A stretch of DNA of 64,000 nucleotides from a virus (Duplodnaviria; Heunggongvirae; Uroviricota; Caudoviricetes), in the IMG/VR virus record IMGVR_UViG_2910649936_000002, positions 2,713 to 66,712 of that record; one strand, written 5' to 3'. The notes beneath the pieces were generated by a model. The model worked only from the letters and a program-made list of their open reading frames with translations, searched no databases and was not told the DNA's origin. Positions 48,781 to 57,418 of the stretch are shown here, in pieces (position 1 is the stretch's first letter; each line of letters opens with the position of its first letter). The translations under genes and the position numbers were made by a program.

Positions 48781-48969
48781 TTATTTATATTTTACAAACT
48801 TCGCCACATCATTAAGGTGGCATCTAAAGGCAAGTGTACCGTCTTCATCATATAAAGTTAGATAATTTGCTGTATCTTCGATTTCAACATTCTTAAAATA
48901 AAATTCTGGCGAATCTAATTCTTTACAAAATGATTTATGCAATGCCACATATATGTTCCACTTATTCAT
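48781..48969 (-). CDS. Hypothetical protein
   Basis: 62-aa ORF. Its ATG overlaps the stop of the upstream small ORF (ATGA). Confidence 0.35.
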   Translation of the reverse strand: MNKWNIYVALHKSFCKELDSPEFYFKNVEIEDTANYLTLYDEDGTLAFRCHLNDVAKFVKYK

Positions 48970-49094
48970 ATTTTATTGCCCTCCACCTTAACACCTTTCC
49001 GTTTCAGCCACTTCTCCGCGTTTTCCCGTTGCATTTGCTCTCCCTGCGCACGGATTAGCTTTATCGCCGCGGGCTTATTCTTTCGCTTCTTCAT
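48966..49094 (-). CDS. Possible small basic protein (42 aa) in a GC-rich stretch
   Basis: Hand translation MKKRKNKPAAIKLIRAQGEQMQRENAEKWLKRKGVKVEGNKI. ATGA overlap with the downstream gene. Its 3' end carries AAGGTGGAGG, the RBS for that gene. Local GC is about 50%. Confidence 0.35.
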   Translation of the reverse strand: MKKRKNKPAAIKLIRAQGEQMQRENAEKWLKRKGVKVEGNKI

Positions 49095-49278
49095 TAGTAT
49101 ATTTCCTGTTTATTTGTATAATCCAATCGCTATAAAATAAAGCATTATAATAATTGCAATCGCCGGATATAAAATATGTGTTATCTTATATACCTTATTT
49201 GCTTTTTTTGTGAACGCTGTATCAATTCCCTCTATAAAAAATAAAAAATTAACACATAGAACAATTATTGCTAATGTT

Positions 49279-49536
49279 TCATTCATCTGTGTATCTCCTG
49301 TTCCATGCTTTTGCCGCTTCTTCTTCCGTCAGATAGTATCCCGATGAAGCACCACATCCACCTCTTTGAACGCTACAAACAACGCTTTTATATATGCAAT
49401 GCCCCGGATGTTCATATTTGTTACAAAGGCATAAATCTGTATCAAAATTTCCACACTCTTCTAAACTATGTACGTCTGTAAATTCCAAATTTTTATTTTT
49501 ACAATGCGGACACGGTTTTAATTTAATCTCGCTCAT
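49279..49536 (-). CDS. Lar-family (restriction alleviation) like small Zn-ribbon protein
   Basis: MSEIKLKPCPHCKNKN....C..C...EEEAAKAWNRR matches the Lar consensus (M-x-ELKPCPFCG ... EAI-x-AWNRR). Confidence 0.5.
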   Translation of the reverse strand: MSEIKLKPCPHCKNKNLEFTDVHSLEECGNFDTDLCLCNKYEHPGHCIYKSVVCSVQRGGCGASSGYYLTEEEAAKAWNRRYTDE

Positions 49537-49708
49537 TCTGCACCTCCTGCACTATCTCTTTGACACAATTCGAACAATAGCACCCCTCATATCCTTCTAC
49601 CTTATATAAAAAGCGCATCCAGTTCCTATTCCATATACCGTTGTCTGTACACCTCTTGCAACTTCCTTGTCCCTCTCCTTTGCATTGTGTGATTTTAAGA
49701 TTGCTCAT
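49523..49708 (-). CDS. Hypothetical Cys-rich protein
   Basis: CKGEGQGSCKRCTDNG...CYCSNC. Confidence 0.3.
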   Translation of the reverse strand: MSNLKITQCKGEGQGSCKRCTDNGIWNRNWMRFLYKVEGYEGCYCSNCVKEIVQEVQNERD

Positions 49709-49875
49709 TTCCTGCTTATCTCCTTTATCACATTCATTCTCATTATCGACTCTAACACTACTTTGCTACTATATACCTGTTTGCACCCACAATTTTTACA
49801 TGATCGCTTTTCCCATCTTTATGCGTCTGGAAAGAGTATCTAAATCCGCAATTCGGGCAAATGTATTTCCGCATG

Positions 49876-50385
49876 TTACTCTGCACCTCCTGATAATTCT
49901 GTATTGTCGAAAATGTTGCCGACACATTCCAATCCATACAAATTTATGTTATCCTCACAAAGCAATTCATCCTCACATCTGATTTTCTTTCTTGTCTTTT
50001 TAGCATATCTGAGCGGGACAAAAACAAATGCACCGTCCACAAACACAACTTTCCATAATTTCCAATCCCTCTCATCCTCAGAGGCTTTACTCATTACAAT
50101 GCCATTCTCCCAAATCCGCTTACCGTTCTTGTCAGTCAGCCCCGTGTACTGGCAGAGGGTTTCGGGGTCAATTTCATATCTTGACATTCCACCATCAGAC
50201 ATCCAAGTAATAATACAATCAACTTCTTTTTCTTCTATTATGCACAATGGTCTCCTTATTTGTTGCCATTTGCAATAATATCCCTCTACCCACCATTCCT
50301 CTTTCGGCAACTCCCGCCAATTCTTACGCTTTGTTTTGAATAAGATTTCTCTGCTCAAATTCTTCATCTCCTTGCTCCTCGTCAA
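49876..50385 (-). CDS. Hypothetical protein
   Basis: 169-aa ORF in the GC-richer island. Confidence 0.35.
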   Translation of the reverse strand: MTRSKEMKNLSREILFKTKRKNWRELPKEEWWVEGYYCKWQQIRRPLCIIEEKEVDCIITWMSDGGMSRYEIDPETLCQYTGLTDKNGKRIWENGIVMSKASEDERDWKLWKVVFVDGAFVFVPLRYAKKTRKKIRCEDELLCEDNINLYGLECVGNIFDNTELSGGAE

Positions 50386-50539
50386 ACATACTTTTTACTC
50401 TGTCCATAGTTTTATAACACTCTTGCGTACCCTCAAAATTCGCAAAGCTATGCAGAATAGGCAATTCTATATGTTTTTTATTTCTTTCACACATAAGATA
50501 CTCACAATTTCTACAGCAATATGTTTTATCTTCACTCAA
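50324..50539 (-). CDS. Hypothetical Cys-rich protein
   Basis: CCRNCEYLMCERN. Confidence 0.25.
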   Translation of the reverse strand: MSEDKTYCCRNCEYLMCERNKKHIELPILHSFANFEGTQECYKTMDRVKSMFDEEQGDEEFEQRNLIQNKA

Positions 50540-50783
50540 ATTTCATTCCCTCCAATTTCTCGATCTGCTTTTTCAGACTGGCAATTTTATTTCGGCACAT
50601 TTCTTCGGCTTTCTTGATTGCGGATTGCTTGTCAAAAAATACTTCCTCTTTTTTTGGATAAAAAATACCAAATTCATCATTATTCCAAAAGGCAAATATT
50701 TTTTCTTTATCTTGCGTTTGAGTATCGGATTCAGCTTCAATAATCCCATCTGTCAGCGCATATTTAGTTATCCAAACTTTCAT
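50532..50783 (-). CDS. Hypothetical protein
   Basis: 83-aa ORF. Confidence 0.3.
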   Translation of the reverse strand: MKVWITKYALTDGIIEAESDTQTQDKEKIFAFWNNDEFGIFYPKKEEVFFDKQSAIKKAEEMCRNKIASLKKQIEKLEGMKFE

Positions 50784-51323
50784 TTATTTTTTCTCCATTT
50801 CTTTCAACTTCGCTTCGGCTTCTTCGTGGGTAAGGAATACGGTTTTGCCGATACAATCTTCGTTAAATATTTCTCCTGTATCATTGATTCCTTCGATAAG
50901 ACTCGTATGAAAAAATATACAATTACACGTTGATACCTCTATGAAAACAACTCTATATTCTGAAATAAAATTTCGTGTTGGTTTGTAGAGAATATCTCCT
51001 ACACAGCATAAAAACTCCAACAGTCTCCCCTCTTTATCCGCTTCCTTCCACCGTTCCCACTTGTCTACATCTTCGTCGGTCAGAAGTCTCGCCTTTTGCG
51101 GATTGCCAATCTCCACCTCTGGATGCTCTATGAGATGTTTTGCGACAGTTTCAAGAAGTCCGTCACATTCGCCGTACACTTTTTTAAGCTGTTCTTCCAA
51201 ATCTTCATAATGTGCCAGTTTGTTTATAGCCTCCCAATCTTGTGTATAATTCGTATAATCCTTTTTGGATTTTGTTTTTATCCAACAGGAAGTTTTTCTT
51301 TCTGTTAATCTATCCATCCTCAT
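50784..51323 (-). CDS. Hypothetical protein
   Basis: 179-aa ORF. Confidence 0.35.
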   Translation of the reverse strand: MRMDRLTERKTSCWIKTKSKKDYTNYTQDWEAINKLAHYEDLEEQLKKVYGECDGLLETVAKHLIEHPEVEIGNPQKARLLTDEDVDKWERWKEADKEGRLLEFLCCVGDILYKPTRNFISEYRVVFIEVSTCNCIFFHTSLIEGINDTGEIFNEDCIGKTVFLTHEEAEAKLKEMEKK

Positions 51324-51538
51324 TCCTCCGGCATTTCATAATATTCACTCTCGCAACATACCGCTTCTGCCATCACTTTACAGGCGCGTTCTAAGTCCTT
51401 ATATTTTCCAAGTATATGTTTCTTCCTTCTGTCTTTTACATTTTGACATTTAAGTACACACATATTCATTTCAATGTTATATGCCTCATATACATTTCCG
51501 TCTTGAGCTTTAATTTTCATTTTTATCTCCTTCTTCAA
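51320..51538 (-). CDS. Hypothetical protein
   Basis: 72-aa ORF. Confidence 0.3.
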   Translation of the reverse strand: MKKEIKMKIKAQDGNVYEAYNIEMNMCVLKCQNVKDRRKKHILGKYKDLERACKVMAEAVCCESEYYEMPEE

Positions 51539-51743
51539 TTTTAGGAATGAGTATATGCTTCATAAAAACCGGAACTGTCAAAGCTATTATTGACAATAAC
51601 CCCATTGCCACGCTTGCGTTTTTGATAGCCACAGCGCCTATAAAAGTTATTAGTGGAGTATATATACTCATAGAAATTTTAAGTACAACAACTGTTTTCT
51701 TTACAGCACGCTTTCCGCTGTCTGAATAAAAAATCATTTTCAC
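51510..51743 (-). CDS. Small membrane protein
   Basis: Two TM helices. Confidence 0.3.
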   Translation of the reverse strand: MKMIFYSDSGKRAVKKTVVVLKISMSIYTPLITFIGAVAIKNASVAMGLLSIIALTVPVFMKHILIPKIEEGDKNEN

Positions 51744-51775
51744 TCCTTCTCCAGAATTTCATCAACGCAGGCGTT

Positions 51776-52024
51776 TCAACCAATTTTCCCTGCTTTATCA
51801 ATAGCTTGTCTTGCTCTCGTACTCATAAACATTCCGTCTAGCGCCTCCGGCCCTCTGTAATCCTTTCTTTGCGGTATTGGCTTTATCGGACACCAATCTG
51901 GCTTTGCATTATAAATCGTTCTCTGTTTCTCCTCACAAAACAAGTTATCTCCTTTGATTGACGCCCTCCTGCACTCAGCGCATATTACAGGTATATCATC
52001 TACCACAACAGTTCCTTTTGCCAT
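51776..52024 (-). CDS. Hypothetical Cys-rich protein
   Basis: CAECRRAS...C...C. Confidence 0.3.
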   Translation of the reverse strand: MAKGTVVVDDIPVICAECRRASIKGDNLFCEEKQRTIYNAKPDWCPIKPIPQRKDYRGPEALDGMFMSTRARQAIDKAGKIG

Positions 52025-52263
52025 TAGTCCGCCTCCTCGCTTTCATACACTTCACTTGCAATCCCCTTATTATTCATCGCAAAAATGTACGCCGATAATT
52101 TTGCTTCTATTTGGCATAACTCAACAAACTTGTGCGGGTCTTTGTTCTCAAAATCGTTCCTCATTTCGCCAAGTCTTTCACATGCAATCATATTTAAAAT
52201 ATTTAATTCATTTTTTGAAAACGGAAAACTCCCGCTTTCGCTGTCATAAGACATCATATTCAT
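52024..52263 (-). CDS. Hypothetical protein
   Basis: 79-aa ORF. Confidence 0.3.
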   Translation of the reverse strand: MNMMSYDSESGSFPFSKNELNILNMIACERLGEMRNDFENKDPHKFVELCQIEAKLSAYIFAMNNKGIASEVYESEEAD

Positions 52264-52586
52264 TTCTCACTTTCTGCCGGGCTTTTCAGGTATTTCAAAA
52301 ATCTCTCTTTACCAAATCCGTAAGTGCATATACCAGCTATATATTCCGCCAGTTCCTCATCCGTCATGCTCCTGATTCTGTCGGCGTTGGTCTGATTTTT
52401 CTTTTTATTTAACATTCTGTTTATCCTCCCCACTACTTCCTGTGTTGAACACTTCCATATCTTACTCAACCGCTTAGTCGAATCGGTATATGTAGTCAAT
52501 GCCATGCAAGCGTGTTCATGCGGTTCTGCGTTTGTCCAAGTTCTGCACATTCCGTCTTTTCTAAGCCATATTATCATCAATTTCAT
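52260..52586 (-). CDS. Hypothetical protein
   Basis: 108-aa ORF. Confidence 0.3.
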   Translation of the reverse strand: MKLMIIWLRKDGMCRTWTNAEPHEHACMALTTYTDSTKRLSKIWKCSTQEVVGRINRMLNKKKNQTNADRIRSMTDEELAEYIAGICTYGFGKERFLKYLKSPAESEK

Positions 52587-52589
52587 TAT

Positions 52590-53306
52590 CTATTCCTCCG
52601 GTTTCTCGCACTGCTCAAACTCTATTACCCATACCCACGGATTTGCGTTCCAACCATAGAGCTGCAAGTCTTTCTTTTTGATGGTGGAGTCCCATATATC
52701 TTGAAGAGCAATAATGTGAGCAAGTCTAATGTATTCTTCTGTTTCATAAGGCATTTGCCGTATATAGCTATCAATACACTTCTTTTCAACGCCCTCTTTT
52801 TCAACATCTTTGTTCGTTATATCCTGCAACTGTTCCACTCTCACATCCGTAACTTTCAGCCAGATACGGGCGGCTTCTTTTGGCATGTAGATTGATGGAC
52901 GCCAGACCATTCCAATATCCGAACCGGGTGCATCTTCGTCTGCCTTGTAAAAATAATGGCTTAACGCTTCAATATAACTTCCATGTCCATCACTTTTGTA
53001 AACAGGTTCAAACCAAACCTCGCTACTGTCTGAAATATCCGAACACTCAATATATCCGTAATTCCACGTTTCACGCACATACAAAATATCTCCCGGCTTG
53101 TATGGACACGCACATACAAAATTGTGTGCTGCCCCTTTAACTGTTGAAGGCAAGTCCGTTCCATAAGCAAAACCTTTCCAACTAAATCCGTCTTGTACGC
53201 TGTATATAGGCTGAGGTTTAATCACTCGCCTTATAACCGACTTTCTCCCGTCCAAACTCGCCCGAACCATGTCGGTGTTAAATAATATCGACTTTATTCT
53301 GTTCAT
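52590..53306 (-). CDS. Hypothetical protein with possible ASCH/PUA-like N-terminus
   Basis: N-terminal FNTDMVRASLDGRKSVIRRVIKP resembles the ASCH beta-barrel start (f...mv.ail.GkKt.TrR). This is a weak call. Confidence 0.3.
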   Translation of the reverse strand: MNRIKSILFNTDMVRASLDGRKSVIRRVIKPQPIYSVQDGFSWKGFAYGTDLPSTVKGAAHNFVCACPYKPGDILYVRETWNYGYIECSDISDSSEVWFEPVYKSDGHGSYIEALSHYFYKADEDAPGSDIGMVWRPSIYMPKEAARIWLKVTDVRVEQLQDITNKDVEKEGVEKKCIDSYIRQMPYETEEYIRLAHIIALQDIWDSTIKKKDLQLYGWNANPWVWVIEFEQCEKPEE

Positions 53307-53309
53307 GTT

Positions 53310-53543
53310 TTATTCCTCCGCTGCGCATATCTGCACTATAGTTTCGCTCTTTATATGCTCAAATATTGCGAATGTAGCAGTTGGGTTCATTTTCCTGTAT
53401 TGAGCGTAACACTCCTCTGCCTTTTCAATTTCTTCATATGTTCCTCGTGGAAACCATATCCCCCTCACCTTGTTCCAATATGCAACCACATATTCTATGT
53501 TTGTATTCCCTGAATTGTCTTTGAAGCCGTCAAGTAGATTCAT
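53310..53543 (-). CDS. Hypothetical protein
   Basis: 77-aa ORF. Confidence 0.3.
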   Translation of the reverse strand: MNLLDGFKDNSGNTNIEYVVAYWNKVRGIWFPRGTYEEIEKAEECYAQYRKMNPTATFAIFEHIKSETIVQICAAEE

Positions 53544-53546
53544 CTT

Positions 53547-53948
53547 TTACCCCTCCTTAAAGAACTCTTCCCGTTCCCTCAGACGTTTTCCGTCCGGGCT
53601 TTCCTGTGATTTCATCTCATCTTCCTCACTCCAATCTATCTCCTGTCCGCATTTCGGACAATGTTCATAATCGTCATAATCTACTTCGTATCTTTCACTA
53701 CAGCACGGACAAATCCATGTGTCATATACTAATTCGCCTTTATTATCGTAACCGTCTCCTTCATAGTCAGGCTTCTTCGCTTTCTGCTTCTCCACCGCCT
53801 CCCTGCACTCTTCCGCCGTTCCAATTCCCCTGTACTGCTGGATTTCCTTTAAAGCTTTGATTGCCATGCCAAATGCAACTATGTCTTGCGCTTGTATATA
53901 ATACTTTGTACGATTCTCTAATATTTCAATCGCTTCTTTCTCTGTCAT
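53547..53948 (-). CDS. Hypothetical Zn-ribbon protein (start moved to the internal Met)
   Basis: WICPCCSERYEVDYDDYEHCPKCG. Its start MTEKE forms an ATGA overlap with the stop of the Lar-like gene and has a GGAGAGGA RBS. The longer MESTGRRGRCRG extension in the ORF table is probably an artifact. Confidence 0.4.
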   Translation of the reverse strand: MTEKEAIEILENRTKYYIQAQDIVAFGMAIKALKEIQQYRGIGTAEECREAVEKQKAKKPDYEGDGYDNKGELVYDTWICPCCSERYEVDYDDYEHCPKCGQEIDWSEEDEMKSQESPDGKRLREREEFFKEG

Positions 53949-54196
53949 TCCTCTGCACCGTCCTCTCCTGCCCGTTGATTCCAATCGTCCACTGCAAATT
54001 TAATTTCTTTTAAAACAATGTCAAACGCTTCATTGTCTAATTCCACCCTGTGATGTTTTACCAACCCGCAATTAGAGTTATTACATTTAATTCGCAAGTC
54101 ATATATTGCAGTCGTACAATTACTTCCAATATGCTTAAATTCGGAGTATACATCTGTTCCGCATATCGGACACGGCTTTAATTTAATTTCTCCCAT
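53945..54196 (-). CDS. Lar-family-like small Zn-ribbon protein (paralog 2)
   Basis: MGEIKLKPCPICGTD....CNNSNCG....AVDDWNQRAGEDGAEE. Confidence 0.5.
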   Translation of the reverse strand: MGEIKLKPCPICGTDVYSEFKHIGSNCTTAIYDLRIKCNNSNCGLVKHHRVELDNEAFDIVLKEIKFAVDDWNQRAGEDGAEE

Positions 54197-54226
54197 GCTT
54201 AAACACCGCCTTTCTCGTTATATATA

Positions 54227-54430
54227 TCATGCTCCCAACTCTTTAAATGATGTAGGGTCATATAATGTAGTTCCATCGTTCGATTCGTTCCACCAATGAC
54301 CGCCGCCCGAAATTGTATAATCGTCCGTTCCAACCATTCCGTATTTGTTTTTTACTACATAATTTCCACTTTTTTCTGGCTTTCCAGATATAAAATTCTT
54401 GTATGTCATTCTTCTTTCTTTATCAGTCAT
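54227..54430 (-). CDS. Hypothetical protein (start moved to the internal Met MTDKE)
   Basis: Has the same ATGA-coupled junction as 53948. Confidence 0.35.
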   Translation of the reverse strand: MTDKERRMTYKNFISGKPEKSGNYVVKNKYGMVGTDDYTISGGGHWWNESNDGTTLYDPTSFKELGA

Positions 54431-54699
54431 TCCTCTGCACCGTCCTCTCCTGCTCGTTTGTTCCACGCTTCTTTACAAGCCTTTTGGCATTCAGCGCATT
54501 TTTTATACGATTTATCTAACCACACGTTAAACAGCGCACATTTCGGTACGTTCCGTTCCATTTGTGCTTTTCTGCCATGTGTCCTATTTCTATGCGTATG
54601 ATATTGGCACACATCCTTCCCCCAGAAATCTCCTCCATATGTGCAAGTGTCAATTTCAGGAGATACTAAATGCTCAACTTTTATTTTGATTTCTCCCAT
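54427..54699 (-). CDS. Lar-family-like small protein (paralog 3)
   Basis: MGEIKIK... CAECQKACKEAWNKRAGEDGAEE. Its C-terminus is identical to paralog 2. Confidence 0.45.
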   Translation of the reverse strand: MGEIKIKVEHLVSPEIDTCTYGGDFWGKDVCQYHTHRNRTHGRKAQMERNVPKCALFNVWLDKSYKKCAECQKACKEAWNKRAGEDGAEE

Positions 54700-54701
54700 G
54701 C

Positions 54702-54953
54702 TTAAATCCCTCCCTTCTCGACAATTTCTATTGCATATTCTATAGCTTCTACCCCACAGGTATCATCACATTCATTACATGCTTGACCTGCTTCTTCCAA
54801 TTCCTCAATCACCTTTTCCTTGTCAAAAGCGACTGACTTGGCAATATCCTCCAACGCCTTATAAATTCTGTCAGCCTGTTGTCCTTCGACACACGCTTCA
54901 TCATGCAGAATATTCCATAATCTTTCATCATCAATATTAATCAGCTTGTCCAT
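54702..54953 (-). CDS. Hypothetical acidic Cys-containing protein
   Basis: 83-aa ORF. Confidence 0.3.
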   Translation of the reverse strand: MDKLINIDDERLWNILHDEACVEGQQADRIYKALEDIAKSVAFDKEKVIEELEEAGQACNECDDTCGVEAIEYAIEIVEKGGI

Positions 54954-55028
54954 CTTCGCTCCTTTCAGTCGCTTGTTCCAGCTTTCGGCAAGGGACTTAC
55001 GCCCCTCGCCTGGTTTACTGACTATGAT

Positions 55029-55817
55029 TTACTTTGCATCAGGAAATACAAAAATTGAAGATGGAAGGATAAAAAACGGACGCACGCCCCCGCCGTCATA
55101 CCCACAACCGTTGCAGCTCACGCGGCCACCGTAGTCGACATACTGGACAAAAGAAGAATCATAGACTGCCGGCGTTGAATTTGGTGTTACAAGCCACCAC
55201 CAAGAATTACCAACAAAAATATTTTCTCTGCATTCCCTATATAAATTAATGTCTGGAATTCCTAAAATATCTTCGTTTAAAATGCCGTAATCTTTTAACC
55301 CATCAAGAGATGTTAAATCAATTGATACAGGAACCAGATTTTCTCCATATTTTTCTTCAAGTGCTTTAGCAAAATCGCTATTAACAACCCTTTCCCTAAT
55401 ACTTGATTCAGCATAATTAGTTGTGCAACCAAACTCGGAATAAAACAATGGATAGCATGTATGAAGATATGTATTACCATTCTCTGTTTTAAGTTTCGTA
55501 CATGGTTGTCCACATATCTCAACAATATTTTGTTTTACCCATCTTTTTGCAGTGTTACGAAAATCTGATTCATATTTCTCTTTTTTCTCTTCATACCATT
55601 CCGGAATAATATCTTGGTCAACTATGTATTTCCATTTTGTAATATCAGAAAGAAGATTATTTTCATGTGGAATCAACTCTACCTTTACCCAATTTGCCTT
55701 TACAATAAAGCTGTCTCTCACATTTAATTTTCTTAGTAACGCTGAATGACTCTGATTATACATCGGCGCAAGATACACTTCGTTTTTAAAGATAATACCT
55801 GATAAAAAATTACACAT
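55029..55817 (-). CDS. Hypothetical protein, paralog A, with a conserved C-terminal WWWL...GCGYDGGGVRPFFIL module (DUF1566/Lcl-C-like?)
   Basis: The C-terminal 60 aa are nearly identical to 62444..63121. The last 89 nt are identical at the DNA level. Confidence 0.5.
   Translation of the reverse strand: MCNFLSGIIFKNEVYLAPMYNQSHSALLRKLNVRDSFIVKANWVKVELIPHENNLLSDITKWKYIVDQDIIPEWYEEKKEKYESDFRNTAKRWVKQNIVEICGQPCTKLKTENGNTYLHTCYPLFYSEFGCTTNYAESSIRERVVNSDFAKALEEKYGENLVPVSIDLTSLDGLKDYGILNEDILGIPDINLYRECRENIFVGNSWWWLVTPNSTPAVYDSSFVQYVDYGGRVSCNGCGYDGGGVRPFFILPSSIFVFPDAK
55035..55123. repeat. Direct repeat copy 1 (89 bp, 100% identical to 62450..62538)
   Basis: tgcatcaggaaatacaaaaattgaagatggaaggataaaaaacggacgcacgcccccgccgtcatacccacaaccgttgcagctcacgc. 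GC-rich. Covers the last 27 codons plus about 10 nt of the 3' UTR of paralog A. Confidence 0.9.
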
Positions 55818-55964
55818 AATTATTATTCTCCTTTTCTTAAATCCAAAATTTTTTAATTACAAGTTCATTTTTTAGCCACTAAATACCAATTGCTTCTGTT
55901 AGATTTACATATAGCATAATATTTCTCATACTTTACCCGCCTTTATCCCTCAACAAAATCATTT

Positions 55965-56861
55965 TCATACAGCTATCTTCTCCTTTTGTCGCATATAGTT
56001 TTCTACATCTTGTTTCATAATTCTAAAATTTTGTCTCTGGTCATTCATGTAGATATGATTTCTCTTAAAGTAGTCTACAATCCAATCATCTAAATCCATA
56101 TCATTTTCTGTAGCATATGTAACTATTGCTAATAATGATTTTCTATTTTTTTCATCCATTAATTTAGAATTATTGTCTACGTTAATCGTTAGGTCATCCA
56201 ATAGTTCTTCGCAAAATTCAATCTGGTCATCTCGTAAATCATAATCTAATACTTCCCGTACGAAATCATAATCAGATATTAATTCTTCTTCAGGTTCATC
56301 ATCTTTATGAAAGAACTCTTTCATTAATGTTTTTAATATGGATATTTTTGTTGTAACAACGATTTTATCTTTTGTACCACGACGTTTTTCATTTTCTGCA
56401 TTTAATTCTGTGTCCTCAAATTTCAATCCATCTACAGGCTTATTAATTAACTCTTCTTTAAATGCATCCAGAAACTCTAAGAACCTCGCATCGTCTAAGT
56501 TAAAAGTAGTAAAATAATCAAAAGTAGCGATCCATGCATATATATTTTTGCTTATAAAAATATCTTGGTATTTATTTGCGCATACCGTTTCAATACGATT
56601 CATATATTCTGATATCTTCTTAAATTCATCTTCGTACTGTTTATTGTTCAAATATTTATACATATTCCTTGCAGTGCTTGTCCAATTGTCTAAATGGAAT
56701 GTTGCCATTACTGATTCACATACAATTCTTTCATACGTTCCGTTTTTTGGTTCAGATGATGATGGGTGTATAGTATCAAGGAAAAATTTTGAATTGGCAA
56801 TATTTTTAACTTCTCTTGCATGTATGTCAAGATATGTCAAGGCTTTCTGATTTGTATTCAT
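55965..56861 (-). CDS. Hypothetical protein
   Basis: 298-aa ORF downstream of the DUF262-like gene. Confidence 0.35.
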   Translation of the reverse strand: MNTNQKALTYLDIHAREVKNIANSKFFLDTIHPSSSEPKNGTYERIVCESVMATFHLDNWTSTARNMYKYLNNKQYEDEFKKISEYMNRIETVCANKYQDIFISKNIYAWIATFDYFTTFNLDDARFLEFLDAFKEELINKPVDGLKFEDTELNAENEKRRGTKDKIVVTTKISILKTLMKEFFHKDDEPEEELISDYDFVREVLDYDLRDDQIEFCEELLDDLTINVDNNSKLMDEKNRKSLLAIVTYATENDMDLDDWIVDYFKRNHIYMNDQRQNFRIMKQDVENYMRQKEKIAV

Positions 56862-56879
56862 ACCTTTATGATTGTTATA

Positions 56880-57395
56880 TCATCTAACTAATTTGCTAAT
56901 CTCCTTCATTGCACAATTAGGATGAATGACAATACGTACTTGAAACATATCGAATCGCTTTTTTAATTCATTTGGAAGCTCGTCAAAAGTTTTTCCACTT
57001 AGCTTGAAGATCTTCCTTTCCCATTCGATACTTCCATCTTCCTGTTTCATAACCTTTCCATGTTCATCACGCTTCTTTTCTTGATATTCAATTTCTGCAT
57101 CTTCCATCGTTCTCGAAAATTTATGATTTCCGTAACGAATAATACGCATAGCCGCTGTTCGTTGCATGCCATCCACAATATATTGCTGTACAATACCATC
57201 TGTATATGGGATTTCTCCAAGAACAATTGGAGGAAGATACCCACCATTTAGTAACGTTACGGCAATTCCATCTACAAATGAATTATCTGCACAAAATTTA
57301 CGTTGTACATCCTGATTCTCACTAATGTCTCCACCTTTAACATCAGCTAAATATGCACTCACAGGTACATTAATCTCTTTTACCTTTATATCCAT
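56880..57395 (-). CDS. DUF262/ParB-like nuclease-domain protein
   Basis: LPPIVLGEIPYTDGIVQQYIVDGMQRTAAM matches the DUF262 core (iP.i.l....y.viDGqQR) of the GmrSD/DndB/ParB superfamily. Confidence 0.5.
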   Translation of the reverse strand: MDIKVKEINVPVSAYLADVKGGDISENQDVQRKFCADNSFVDGIAVTLLNGGYLPPIVLGEIPYTDGIVQQYIVDGMQRTAAMRIIRYGNHKFSRTMEDAEIEYQEKKRDEHGKVMKQEDGSIEWERKIFKLSGKTFDELPNELKKRFDMFQVRIVIHPNCAMKEISKLVR

Positions 57396-57418
57396 TGTTT
57401 TCTTCCTCCTACTATTTC

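Noticed and set aside
53949-53984. N-terminal extensions MESTGRRGRCRG and MEQTSRRGRCRG on the ORFs following the Lar-like genes
   Set aside because: The repeated peptide is the alternate-frame reading of the conserved Lar C-terminus (AGEDGAEE). The real starts are the internal MTEKE and MTDKE, which have an ATGA overlap and a GGAGAGGA RBS.
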